Shown here: positions 24,353 through 34,033 of the stretch, one piece after another | How the letters are laid out: each line of letters opens with the position of its first letter | How positions within the stretch are numbered: the stretch's first letter is position 1 | Assembly: GCA_018697035.1 (NCBI GenBank) | Contig: JABHSE010000001.1 | Coordinates: forward strand, 29,653 to 93,652 | DNA: 64,000 nucleotides | Direction: 5' to 3' | DNA from: an archaeon | GTDB taxonomy: Archaea; Nanobdellota; Nanobdellia; Pacearchaeales; GW2011-AR1 | Notes under the pieces: model-generated | Seen by the model: the letters and a program-made list of their open reading frames with translations, nothing else | Database searches by the model: none | Told to the model about the DNA's origin: nothing | Made by a program: the position numbers and the translations under genes

Positions 24353-24550
24353 ATGGATGATAGATTGGAGAAGATTCGTGCTTCGGAGAAGAAAATTAAG
24401 TTGGAGTTGATTGATGAAGGATGGGCACCTGTTGATAAGAAGGAGTTTGGTGGATACCTTTTCAAGATGATTGATGGTGAAAAGAATATTTATGCGCCTG
24501 ATGGTATGGGTGGGTATTATGTTAGGTATCGATTTTTTGTTAAAACTTAA
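24353..24550 (+). CDS. hypothetical small protein (65 aa)
   Basis: Leaderless ORF behind the A2 element and its promoter. No motif recognised. Confidence 0.35.
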   Translation: MDDRLEKIRASEKKIKLELIDEGWAPVDKKEFGGYLFKMIDGEKNIYAPDGMGGYYVRYRFFVKT

Positions 24551-24626
24551 AATTACTGACTTTTGTCATTTTTTTCAGAACTAGAGTATAATTATTTTTA
24601 TAAAGTGGTTATTTTTATACTTTACA

Positions 24627-24946
24627 TGAATAGGAAATATTTTGGGTATGCTGCTGGTTTGGCTGGTATGAGTATGTTTCTTTATGGATTGTTTTTTACG
24701 GATTTAAATCGTGTTTCCAAAAGTGATATTGTTGATGAGCTTCAGAGTGTCACTCGGGAGGTTGCGGCTTATAATTATGAGAATTTAGATAGGCTTGCGG
24801 AATTGGTTTCCGATTCTTCTAATGTAGAGAATTTGAGGTTATATTCTGATGCTAAGAATACTGAGCATAGGAAAGGTGTTTTGTTTTCTTTAGCTGGTTT
24901 GGCTGGAGTGATTGGTGGCCATGCTTTGGCTAAGAAAAAAGAGTAA
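24627..24946 (+). CDS. hypothetical small membrane protein
   Basis: TM segments (YAAGLAGMSMFLYGLFF and LAGLAGVIGGHAL). TATA box at 24594-24604. Confidence 0.35.
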
Positions 24947-25040
24947 GTAGTTGTTGTGACCAAGGGTGCTTTGGCTTGTTTTTTCGATTTGAATTTTATT
25001 ACAGCAAAACTTTATAAAAGGTTTTTTCGATTGCTTGTTC

Positions 25041-27212
25041 ATGGCTGCTGATATGACTGAGAAAGTTAAGGAATTACAGAATGATCCTACACATATTCGG
25101 AATATTGCTATTTGTGCACATATTGATCATGGGAAGACGACGTTTTCTGATAACTTACTTGCTGGTGCTGGGATGATGAGTGAGGCTTTGGCAGGGAAGG
25201 CGCGGACTTTGGATTTTCATGAAGATGAGGCGGAGAGAGGGATTACAATTGATTCAGCTTCGGTTTCTATGGTGCACACTCATGATAAGCAAGATTATTT
25301 GATTAATTTAATTGATACTCCAGGTCATGTTGATTTTGGTGGGGACGTTACTCGGGCTATGAGAGCGGTTGATGGTGCTATTGTTTTATCTTGTGCTAGT
25401 GAGGGGATTATGCCTCAGACTGAGACTGTTCTTCGTCAGGCTTTGAAGGAAAGAGTTAGACCCATTCTTTTTATTAATAAAGTTGATAGATTGATTCGAG
25501 AAGTTAAGCTTACTCCTGAAGAAATGCAGAAGAGGTTTATTGGAATTATTAATTCTGTTAATGAGTTGATTGCCGAGATTGCCGAGCCTGAGTATAAGCA
25601 AAAATGGCAAGTTGGTGTTGCTGATGGGACTGTTGCCTTTGGTAGTGCGTTTCATAATTGGGCATTGAGTATTCCGTATATGCAGAAGCATGGAATTAGT
25701 TTTAAAGAAGTCATTGAGGCTTATGAAGCTGGTGGAGAGGAATATAAGGTTTTAGCGAAGAGAGCTCCGATTCATGAGGTTATTTTGGGTATGGTTGTTG
25801 ATAATCATCCTAATCCTGTGACTGCTCAAGAATACAGAATCCCGAAGATTTGGCATGGTGATTTGGAGAGTGAGGCTGGAAAAGATTTTATGAATTGTAA
25901 TATTAAAGGTGAAGTTGCATTTGTTCCGATTAAGATTGTAATCGATCCTCATGCTGGTGAGGTTGCGGCTGGACGACTTTTTGGTGGGACTATTAAACAG
26001 GGTGATGAATTGTATATGAATATTGCTAAGACTAAGGTTAGGGCTCAGCAGGTTTCTATTTACAAGGGAGCTTCTAGGGTTCAGCTAAGTGAAGTTGTTT
26101 CTGGGAATATTGTTGGTATTGTTGGTTTGAAAGATGTTGTTGTTGGCGAGACTGTTTCTCGAAACCCGATTGAACCGTTTGAAGCTATTAGTCATTTGTT
26201 TGAGCCTGTTGTTACGAAGTCGATTAGTGCTAAGAGAACTGCTGATTTGCCGAAGCTGATTGAAATTTTGAGACAGATTGGGAAAGAGGATCCGAGTTTG
26301 AGGATTGAGATTAATGAAGAGACTGGGGAGTCGTTGATGTCGGGTATGGGAGAATTACATTTAGAGATTATCGAGAATAGAATTAAGAGCGAGAAGGGTC
26401 TTGAGATTGAGATGGGTCCTCCGATTATTGTTTATCGTGAGTCGGTTGCGAAGGTTAGTGATGTTGCTGTTGGGCGAACTCCAAATAAGCATAATGATTT
26501 TTTTGTTACGGTTGAGCCATTAGAGGAAGCGATTATTGAGGCTATTGCTGATGGGACCTTGCCAATCGGACGGATTAAGAAGAAAGATAAGGCGCTTGAT
26601 GAAACTTTGGTTGGTTTGGGGATTAGCCGAGATGAGGCGCAGCAGTATAGGGATATTTACAAGGGAAGTGTTTTTCAAGATAGGACGAAAGGTATTGTTC
26701 AGATTGGTGAGGTTATTGAATTGTTGCTTGATGCTTTTGAGCAGGTTATGGATGCTGGTCCGTTGGCGAGAGAGCCTTGTCATAAGATGAAGGTTTCTAT
26801 TGTTGATATGAAGTTGCATGAGGATGCTATTCATAGAGGCCCTGCACAGGTATACCCGGCTGTTCGTGATGCTATTAAGGAAGGTTTTGCTAAGGCTGTT
26901 CCTGTTATTTATGAGCCAGTTCAGGTTCATCAGATTGAAGCGCCGATTTCTTTTATGGGTGCTGTAACAAGTTTGGTTTCTACGAAGAGAGGGCAGTTGG
27001 TTGATGTCGAACAGGATGAGACTGGCGTGACTGTTCGTGCTGAGTTGCCGGTTTCGGAGATGATTGGTTGGACTAGCGATTTGAGGAGTTCGACTGAAGG
27101 TAGGGGTTCTTCGAGTTTGGTTAGTCAGACTTTTAAGAAGTTGCCTGGTGATATGCAAAGGAAGGTTATTGCGCAGATACGGGAGCGGAAGGGTTTAGCC
27201 GAAAACCAATAA
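25041..27212 (+). CDS. fusA: translation elongation factor 2
   Basis: G domain AHIDHGKTT and DTPGHVDF. 725 aa. Conserved position after S7. Confidence 0.95.
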   Translation: MAADMTEKVKELQNDPTHIRNIAICAHIDHGKTTFSDNLLAGAGMMSEALAGKARTLDFHEDEAERGITIDSASVSMVHTHDKQDYLINLIDTPGHVDFGGDVTRAMRAVDGAIVLSCASEGIMPQTETVLRQALKERVRPILFINKVDRLIREVKLTPEEMQKRFIGIINSVNELIAEIAEPEYKQKWQVGVADGTVAFGSAFHNWALSIPYMQKHGISFKEVIEAYEAGGEEYKVLAKRAPIHEVILGMVVDNHPNPVTAQEYRIPKIWHGDLESEAGKDFMNCNIKGEVAFVPIKIVIDPHAGEVAAGRLFGGTIKQGDELYMNIAKTKVRAQQVSIYKGASRVQLSEVVSGNIVGIVGLKDVVVGETVSRNPIEPFEAISHLFEPVVTKSISAKRTADLPKLIEILRQIGKEDPSLRIEINEETGESLMSGMGELHLEIIENRIKSEKGLEIEMGPPIIVYRESVAKVSDVAVGRTPNKHNDFFVTVEPLEEAIIEAIADGTLPIGRIKKKDKALDETLVGLGISRDEAQQYRDIYKGSVFQDRTKGIVQIGEVIELLLDAFEQVMDAGPLAREPCHKMKVSIVDMKLHEDAIHRGPAQVYPAVRDAIKEGFAKAVPVIYEPVQVHQIEAPISFMGAVTSLVSTKRGQLVDVEQDETGVTVRAELPVSEMIGWTSDLRSSTEGRGSSSLVSQTFKKLPGDMQRKVIAQIRERKGLAENQ

Positions 27213-27218
27213 TTTCAA

Positions 27219-27307
27219 TTTCTAGCGTTTCATACTTCGTTGCAAGAACACTCATGTGCGCTTGCACACTTCGTAATCTTGCGCCTCGTCTAAATCTGCT
27301 ATAAATT
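27219..27307 (+). repeat. structured intergenic element, family A copy 3
   Basis: About 90% identical to A2 over about 130 bp, including the downstream TATA. The inner hairpin changes to tgtgc-gctt-gcaca. Confidence 0.75.
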
Positions 27308-27363
27308 GGAATTGTTAAGTGGAGTGGCATTATTTTTATAAAGTTTAATTTATGAGTCAATTT

Positions 27364-27822
27364 ATGACTATTGACGGAAAAGAATTCAAGAAAGGTGGAG
27401 TCTATAAATTAGTTTCTAGTAATAGGCCTGAATATTTGAATTTAGTGGGGGTTAGAAAAGAGGTTTTATCGTCTGATAGTGTCAAATATGCTACGTTTTT
27501 TTCGGTTTTGCATGATTCTTCTGCCTTGATTAATTGTGATGATTTTTCGGCCTATAAGAACATTGTGCCTGTAAGAGACTTGAGAATTGAGGATAATGGA
27601 TTTTTGTCTTCGGTTAATAGTTGGAATGCTAAGCATATTTGGTATGATGCTAATATGGCTACGAGATCTGATTTTATGAAAAGTTGGTTGGAAGAATGTA
27701 CTGATGTTTTAAAGAAGCTTGGTTGTGAAAATATTGAAGATATTTTTCGAGGCAAGATAACTTGGGAAAAAGATAGTTGCGCTTACGGGGTTTTTGGTAG
27801 TGGTAGTGGTAAAAGATTATGA
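27364..27822 (+). CDS. hypothetical protein inserted between EF-2 and EF-1alpha
   Basis: ORF behind the A3 element and the TATA box at 27334-27344. The TATA-to-start distance favours the second ATG at 27364 as a leaderless start; the track starts at 27352. Confidence 0.4.
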   Translation: MTIDGKEFKKGGVYKLVSSNRPEYLNLVGVRKEVLSSDSVKYATFFSVLHDSSALINCDDFSAYKNIVPVRDLRIEDNGFLSSVNSWNAKHIWYDANMATRSDFMKSWLEECTDVLKKLGCENIEDIFRGKITWEKDSCAYGVFGSGSGKRL

Positions 27823-27924
27823 AGACCACTAACTTTAAAAACCAAAATCTATATTCTAAATTGTATCGTTTGGATAATATCTCTTCGACACAATTAAACT
27901 AACTAAATGAAAAAATAGAAAAAA

Positions 27925-29211
27925 ATGGCTAAAGAAAAACCAGGACTAAATGTTGTATTCGTTGGACACGTTGACCAGGGAAAATCTACTTGCGTTGGGC
28001 GAGTATTTTTTGATGGTGGCGCAGTCTCTGAACAAGAGATGAAGAAGTACAAGGAAGAAGCAGAGAAGCATGGTAAGGCTGGATTTGAATTCGCTTATGT
28101 GATGGATAATTTGAAGGAAGAGCGAGAGAGAGGAGTTACAATTAACTTGTCTTATAAGAAGCTTATTACTAAGAATTTTGAAGTTACTATAATCGATGCT
28201 CCGGGGCATAAGGATTTTGTTAAGAACATGATCACTGGTGCTTCGCAAGCGGATGCGGCTTTTTTGGTTGTTGGATGTGAAGACGGAGTTCAACCTCAGA
28301 CTAAAGAACACGTTTGGTTACTAAGGACTATGGGAGTTTCCCAGTTAGCGGTTCTTATTAACAAAATGGATGTTGTTGATTACGATCAGGCTAAGTTTGA
28401 TAAAGCTGCTGCTGATGTTAAAGAAGTTATCAAGCAAGCTGGTTATAACCCCGATACTACACCTTTCATTCCGGGCTCTGCTCTAATGGGAGAAGGTGTT
28501 TCACTTAAATCTGACAAGTTAGCATGGTACAAAGGACCAACTGTTTTAGAACAGATTGATAAGTTCGATGCTCCATCTAAACCAACAAACTTACCAATGC
28601 GTATGCCAATCCAGGATGTCTACGAGATTACTGGTATTGGAACTGTTCCTGTAGGAAAGATTGAAACAGGTATTATGAAAATCGGACAAAAGGTTATTGT
28701 ATTACCAGGACGATCTGGAAGCGGTATTCCAGGTGAGGTTCGAAGTATTGAAGCTCATCATGAGCAGTTAAAGGAAGGCGAAGCTGGAGACAATGTCGGT
28801 ATCAACATTCGAGGTGTTGGTAAGAAAGACATGGCTCGAGGCGACGTTATCTGTGAAGCTGCTAACCCGGCACCTATAGTTGAAGAATTTGAGGCACAAG
28901 TTGCTATCATTAATCATCCAACTGTTATTGCTAAAGGTTATACACCTGTATTCCATGTTCACACAGCTCAAGTTCCATGTCAATTCGTGGAATTAAAGGC
29001 TAAGTTGGATCCTGCTACTGGACAAGTAAGTGAAGAAAACCCTGACTTCTTGAAGAACGGAGATGTTGCTATTGTTAAGATCAAACCTGTTGGAAACCTA
29101 GTAATGGAATCCGCAGATAAGAATCCTAATATGGCACGGTTCGCAATTCGAGATGCTGGAGTTACAGTTGCTGCTGGCGTTTGTAAGTCTTTGACTGAAA
29201 AGAAATTATAG
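27925..29211 (+). CDS. tuf: translation elongation factor 1-alpha
   Basis: GHVDQGKST and DAPGHKDF. 428 aa. Confidence 0.95.
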   Translation: MAKEKPGLNVVFVGHVDQGKSTCVGRVFFDGGAVSEQEMKKYKEEAEKHGKAGFEFAYVMDNLKEERERGVTINLSYKKLITKNFEVTIIDAPGHKDFVKNMITGASQADAAFLVVGCEDGVQPQTKEHVWLLRTMGVSQLAVLINKMDVVDYDQAKFDKAAADVKEVIKQAGYNPDTTPFIPGSALMGEGVSLKSDKLAWYKGPTVLEQIDKFDAPSKPTNLPMRMPIQDVYEITGIGTVPVGKIETGIMKIGQKVIVLPGRSGSGIPGEVRSIEAHHEQLKEGEAGDNVGINIRGVGKKDMARGDVICEAANPAPIVEEFEAQVAIINHPTVIAKGYTPVFHVHTAQVPCQFVELKAKLDPATGQVSEENPDFLKNGDVAIVKIKPVGNLVMESADKNPNMARFAIRDAGVTVAAGVCKSLTEKKL

Positions 29212-29226
29212 TTTCTAGCGTGAATT

Positions 29227-29320
29227 TCTTGGTAAAAAAATCCTTACGTACCCACGTACGCCACGGATTTTTTTACACTTCGAACTTCACTGCTATAAAT
29301 TAAATTTCTTTCAGCTTTTT
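29227..29320 (+). repeat. structured intergenic element, family B copy 2
   Basis: gtttctagcgtgaatttcttg-gtaaaaaaatcc-ttacgtac-ccac-gtacg-cca-cggatttttttac. Confidence 0.7.
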
Positions 29321-29417
29321 TATTTTTTTATTTTGCCCTTTTTTGGGCTTTGAGATTTTTTTATTTGTATTGTTTAGTATACTATGTTTTTATAAATATT
29401 TGATTTTATTTATTTAC

Positions 29418-29660
29418 ATGAGAGAAAGATTGGAAATTAAAGAAATTAATGGAGCTGCTGTTGGGTATATCGTTGATCATTTCGCTGACGATGGTTCAAA
29501 AGCTGATTTTTATACTCCACTTGAAGGGAAACTTTGTGAATATCTTTCAAATATTGAGATTGGTTTAGATGTCGCTGTTGTTAATTCTTTAGAGGGTGGT
29601 CTTAGAGGAACTACGGATGTTATTATTAATTCTCGAAAGGGTATTTCTTCTGATTGTTAA
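29418..29660 (+). CDS. hypothetical small protein occupying the slot where S10 normally follows EF-1alpha
   Basis: TATA box at 29385-29394. The sequence MRERLEIKEINGAAVGY... does not resemble S10. Confidence 0.3.
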   Translation: MRERLEIKEINGAAVGYIVDHFADDGSKADFYTPLEGKLCEYLSNIEIGLDVAVVNSLEGGLRGTTDVIINSRKGISSDC

Positions 29661-29682
29661 TCACGATAATTCTTAAAAAGCT

Positions 29683-30258
29683 TTGAGTCGGGGTTTTGTT
29701 GTGGCAGTTCAGGTTAGAGAAAAGAGTATTGAAGAGATGGAGGTTAAGTTGGCTTCTATGGCTACGGCTTTCAATAAAATAACTTATTTGGAAAGTGCGT
29801 TGAAGGCTGTTGGTGGGAATTTTGAGATTAAGCGGTTTCTTTGGGGTGAGCTTGCGAAGTTATATGAGGAGCGGAAGATGTTTGAGCGGGCGGCTCGTGC
29901 ACTTGGGAACCTGGCAGGGATGGAGCCGATGTTTAGGGAGAGGATGGATTCTTATGTGATGGCGGCGGAGTTGTTTTGTCGGATTGGGAAGATAGAGGAT
30001 GCTGAGGATATGTTTGTTCGTGCATCTAGGGATGTTGCTGGAAATGGGAAAGAGAAGGTTATGTTGGCTCGAAAAAATGTTTATTTTGGTTTTGCTCGTG
30101 AGCTTGAGGGGAAAGGCAAGCGAGCTAGTGCGGTTAAGTTTTATGAGAAGTTGAATAAGATGAAGTTGGAAGATGTTGAGAAGGATGAAGTTGTTGAAAA
30201 GTTGCGGGTTTCCTATAAGGCGTTGGGGATGTTTCGTGAAGCTCGGCTATTGAGTTAA
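29683..30258 (+). CDS. hypothetical helical protein
   Basis: ORF on the coding strand with Ala/Glu/Arg-rich helical repeats. No motif recognised. Confidence 0.35.
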   Translation: MSRGFVVAVQVREKSIEEMEVKLASMATAFNKITYLESALKAVGGNFEIKRFLWGELAKLYEERKMFERAARALGNLAGMEPMFRERMDSYVMAAELFCRIGKIEDAEDMFVRASRDVAGNGKEKVMLARKNVYFGFARELEGKGKRASAVKFYEKLNKMKLEDVEKDEVVEKLRVSYKALGMFREARLLS

Positions 30259-30730
30259 AAAGAAAAAAAGAAAAAAGAAAAAAAATTAGATGTCTTCTTC
30301 TAAATCTAGTGCGGGTTCTCCGAAATCTTCTTCGGGGAAGTTGTTTAGGCTTTCAGGTTCTGTCATTTGTTTTTTTTGGGCTAGTCATCTTCAAGTTCTT
30401 CTTCATCGTCGAATTCCTCTTCTTCAATGTCGTCTTCTTTTTTGATTTCTATTTTTGTGCCCTCTTTTTTATTTGAGATTTGGTGCTTTGAAATCTTTAT
30501 AAATATTTGTGCTAAATTTTCTTATCTTTGGAAAGGGTAAAAGAATTTAAAGAGAGATTTCCTTGAGATTTTTACGCTTTTCTGTTTAAATGTGGATGTG
30601 CAAAAGTTTTTAAATGAAGATTGTTGTTTTTTGTTATTAGAGATAGCTAGATAGAGTTAGTATTATCATCACATTCATGTTTGGAAGGTAGGGAGATATT
30701 TCTAATATAACTAAATGGAGAAAATAAAAT

Positions 30731-31891
30731 ATGGCAAAAATAAGTCCAACGTCGATAAAGTATCAGATTGTTGCTAAGTTTAACGCTGACGGGCCGTTTC
30801 AAAAACCTGATGTAATCGGGGCTTTGTTCGGGCAGACAGAAGGTTTACTTGGTGCTGATATGGAATTACGAGAGCTGCAGAAAGAAGGAAAGATTGGTAG
30901 GATCGAGGTAGATTTGGTCACCGAAGGTGGTAAGACTACTGGAGAGATTACTATTCCGACTGCACTTGATAAGACTGAGACTACAATTATTGCGGCTTCT
31001 CTTGAGACAATTGATAAGATTGGTCCAACTGATGCTACGATTAAGATTGCAGATATCTCGGATGTTCGAGGCGGAAAGAGAGATTATATTATGGAGAGGG
31101 CGAAAGCTCTTCTTGCTGGTATATCTAATGAGGGAATGGATTCTACTGAGATGGAAACTGAACTTCGTGAATCGACTCGAATTTCTAAGGCTGTTACATA
31201 CGGAGAAGAAGGTCTTGCTGCTGGTCCAAATATTGATGACGAGAAAGAATTGATTGTTGTCGAGGGTCGAGCTGATGTTGTGAATATGTTGAAGCATGGT
31301 ATCAAGAATGTTATTGGTATGCAGGGAACTCGGTTTCCGAAAACTATTGCTACTTTATCCGAGACAAAGGAAATTACTTTGTTTGTTGATGGAGATAGAG
31401 GCGGTAAGTTGATTGCTCAAAATGTTTGTGACAATGCGAAGGTTGTATATATTGCGACTGCACCTGACGGAAAGGAAGTTGAAGAGCTAGCTGGTAAAGA
31501 GCTTTTGATCGCTTTGCGAAAGAAGGTTCCTGCTGCGGTTTTTTTGAAGAATGGTAGTGGAGCGCTTGCGACTGGTTCGCGACGAGCTACTGCATCTGTT
31601 GAAGGAATTGTTAGGCGAGAGTTGACTAATGACGATATTTCGAAGCTTCGAGAACTTAGTTCTGATATTAAGGGCAAGAATGTCTTGGTTGTGAATGATA
31701 GTTTAGAAGTTGTGAAAAACGTTTCAGCTTTGAGGCTCGGTTCGATTGATGCGAAAGATGCGTTTGTTTTGATGGTTGCGGAAGCTACTGGTGTTGTTGT
31801 TCAGGCTGCTGAGAGATTTCAATCTAAGGCGGTTGCGGCGAAGACATTTGAGAAGACTATTGTTACTGAGATTCAACTTGTATCACTTTAG
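30731..31891 (+). CDS. dnaG: archaeal DnaG-like primase (TOPRIM)
   Basis: N-terminus IKYQIVAKFNADGPFQKPDVIGALFGQTEGLLGADMELRELQKEGKIGRIEV matches the archaeal DnaG signature. A TOPRIM EGRADVVNM...DGDRGG follows. Confidence 0.75.
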   Translation: MAKISPTSIKYQIVAKFNADGPFQKPDVIGALFGQTEGLLGADMELRELQKEGKIGRIEVDLVTEGGKTTGEITIPTALDKTETTIIAASLETIDKIGPTDATIKIADISDVRGGKRDYIMERAKALLAGISNEGMDSTEMETELRESTRISKAVTYGEEGLAAGPNIDDEKELIVVEGRADVVNMLKHGIKNVIGMQGTRFPKTIATLSETKEITLFVDGDRGGKLIAQNVCDNAKVVYIATAPDGKEVEELAGKELLIALRKKVPAAVFLKNGSGALATGSRRATASVEGIVRRELTNDDISKLRELSSDIKGKNVLVVNDSLEVVKNVSALRLGSIDAKDAFVLMVAEATGVVVQAAERFQSKAVAAKTFEKTIVTEIQLVSL

Positions 31892-31909
31892 TAAAATCGA
31901 TTTTATTGG

Positions 31910-31995
31910 AAAATTTCTTGGTAAAAGAAATTCTCGCGTACCATATGTACGCCACGAATTTTTTTACGCTTCGAAATTTCCTCACTGAAATCAAT
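31910..31995 (+). repeat. structured intergenic element, family B copy 3
   Basis: gtaaaagaaattc-tcgcgtac-catat-gtacgcc-ac-gaatttttttac. Confidence 0.7.
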
Positions 31996-32049
31996 TTTGT
32001 TTGGGTCCGTTTTTGGGCTCTTTTTATTTTTTTATTTTTTTGGTTTTGA

Positions 32050-32562
32050 TTGAGTAAGTTTTATATAGTTAATTCTGTTTTATGTTGGATGAAGAAAGAG
32101 ATGATGAGTGATGGGTTTAGTTGGAGGGGTTTGCTTATTTTTTTGGTTTTGTTGTTTATCTTGTCTTGGGGCGTTTGGTTTGTATTTTTTAGTTATGAAA
32201 GTTGTGATAGTAAGATTTGTTTTGATGATAAATTGAAGGGTTGTGAACGAGTTCGGTTTATAGGAGGAAATGAGATGATTTTTAGATATGTGATTAGAGG
32301 AGAGAGTTCTGGGGCTTGTGAGGTTGATATTGAGTTGTTGCAGGGGGACTTAGATAATGCTGATTCTATAAAGTTGGAAGGACGGGGGATGACTTGCATG
32401 TTGCCGCTTGGTGCTGTTGTTGTGCCTGAGAGTGATATTGGAGTTTGTCATGGATTATTGAAAGAGGGGTTGCAAGATTTGATTATCAGGAATTTGCATA
32501 GTTATTTGGTGGAGAATTTGGGAACATTGAATTTGGAGATGCTTGGAATCCCGAATGTATAA
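32050..32562 (+). CDS. hypothetical membrane protein
   Basis: N-terminal TM helix (LLIFLVLLFILSWGVWFVFF). No other motif. Confidence 0.3.
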   Translation: MSKFYIVNSVLCWMKKEMMSDGFSWRGLLIFLVLLFILSWGVWFVFFSYESCDSKICFDDKLKGCERVRFIGGNEMIFRYVIRGESSGACEVDIELLQGDLDNADSIKLEGRGMTCMLPLGAVVVPESDIGVCHGLLKEGLQDLIIRNLHSYLVENLGTLNLEMLGIPNV

Positions 32563-32583
32563 ATTTAAATTAGATAGAGTTCT

Positions 32584-33372
32584 TTGTTTTTTATGAGTAC
32601 TATTAAGTTTGGGCCTGGAGGATTGGGGTCTGTTAAGGATGCTGTTAAGAATCTTGAGATGTTTGCTGAGATGGGACTGAGGGCTTGTGAGGTTGAATTT
32701 ACTTATGGGCCGTATATTAAGAATGAGGAGGATGCTTTGAGGATTGGAGGGAAGGCTAAGGAACTTGGGATTTCTTTGTCGATTCATGCTCCTTATTTTG
32801 TGAATTTAAACAGTAAAGAAGAGGAGAAGATTGAGGCTAGTAAGAAAAGGATTTTGAAATGTTGTGAGATTGCGTCTTGGCTTGGTGTACGCCGAGTTAT
32901 TTTTCATGCGGGGTTTTATTCTGGAATGGAGAAGAGTAAGGTTTTTGAGAAGATTAAAGAAGGTATAATTGAGATTATGAAGGTTGTTAAGGAAGAGAAG
33001 TGGGACGTTGAACTTTGTCCTGAGGTTATGGGGAAGATTAATGTTTTTGGATCGATTAGTGAGATTTCTAGATTGGTTCGTGAGACTGGGTGCTCTGCTT
33101 GTATTGATGTTGCGCATGTGTTGGCTCGCTATGGCAAGTATGAGTTTGAGAGGCTGGAGGAAGCATTTCCTATGAAGAACTGGCATGTTCACTTTTCTGG
33201 AATTGAGTATGGGGAAAAGGGCGAGCGGAAGCATTTGGATACTGCGAAGAAGGATTGGGAAGAAGTTTTGGGTTGGATGTCTAAGTTAGATAAAGATATT
33301 GTTTTAGTTTGTGAGGCTCCGGATCCTGTTGGGGATAGTGTTGTGGGGTTGGGAGTTTGGAAGGGATTATGA
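32584..33372 (+). CDS. AP endonuclease family 2 / xylose-isomerase-like TIM-barrel protein (endonuclease IV-like)
   Basis: ISLSIHAPYFVNLNS resembles the Nfo IHAPYLINL motif. 262 aa. Confidence 0.5.
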   Translation: MFFMSTIKFGPGGLGSVKDAVKNLEMFAEMGLRACEVEFTYGPYIKNEEDALRIGGKAKELGISLSIHAPYFVNLNSKEEEKIEASKKRILKCCEIASWLGVRRVIFHAGFYSGMEKSKVFEKIKEGIIEIMKVVKEEKWDVELCPEVMGKINVFGSISEISRLVRETGCSACIDVAHVLARYGKYEFERLEEAFPMKNWHVHFSGIEYGEKGERKHLDTAKKDWEEVLGWMSKLDKDIVLVCEAPDPVGDSVVGLGVWKGL

Positions 33373-33418
33373 GTTAAGTATATATATTTTTATAAAGTTG
33401 TCTTTACTGTTTTATTGT

Positions 33419-33994
33419 ATGGGGGATACACTAAAGTCAAAATTAGATGCACTGCATATGATTAAATCTGATGTGGCTTCGGCTGGTGTTGAATTGGGGA
33501 GTGGGGAGTTTCGTAAGATAGAGTTGGCTGCGTGGAGTAATTTTTATCGTGGGAATCCTATGGCTCAAGATGTTGCTAAGGGTAATGATTCTTATTTGGA
33601 AAGGATTAAGCCCGTTGTTGAAAAATATGATTCTTATTTAGAAAGAGCATTCTTGCCTAGTAGAGAAGATGGATTTGATAAAAATGCCTTAGGGGTTTTT
33701 AGTTCTATTAATGGTGTTGGTGTTGGATATATTGATCCTCAACCTTTTAACATAGAAAAAAGGAGAAAAGATTTCAGGGGTTCGCAAAAAGCTCATATTA
33801 TTTTCGGTCTTTGTTCTGGTGGGGCGATTGCGATTCCTAGTTTGATGCTTGGTGCTATTATGGCCCCTGTTACTTATTTAGCTTTTTCTTTATATGCTGG
33901 CTCTACAGATGATTCTACTATGAAGATTTATTTGTCTAATATGCAAAAGATTGCTGGAGATGCTGAGGTTTTTCTAAGGGAAAATTCCAAGTAG
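33419..33994 (+). CDS. hypothetical protein
   Basis: TATA box (atttttataaag) at 33384-33395. C-terminal hydrophobic segment. Confidence 0.35.
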   Translation: MGDTLKSKLDALHMIKSDVASAGVELGSGEFRKIELAAWSNFYRGNPMAQDVAKGNDSYLERIKPVVEKYDSYLERAFLPSREDGFDKNALGVFSSINGVGVGYIDPQPFNIEKRRKDFRGSQKAHIIFGLCSGGAIAIPSLMLGAIMAPVTYLAFSLYAGSTDDSTMKIYLSNMQKIAGDAEVFLRENSK

Positions 33995-34033
33995 TTATGA
34001 AATATTTAAAAACTATATCAATTTGAATGTAAT

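Noticed and set aside
29343-29660. Checked whether the ORF after EF-1alpha is ribosomal protein S10, the canonical neighbour.
   Set aside because: The sequence MRERLEIKEINGAAVGY..SLEGGLRGTTDVIINSRKG does not resemble the S10 consensus. It is called hypothetical, and S10 appears to be elsewhere.
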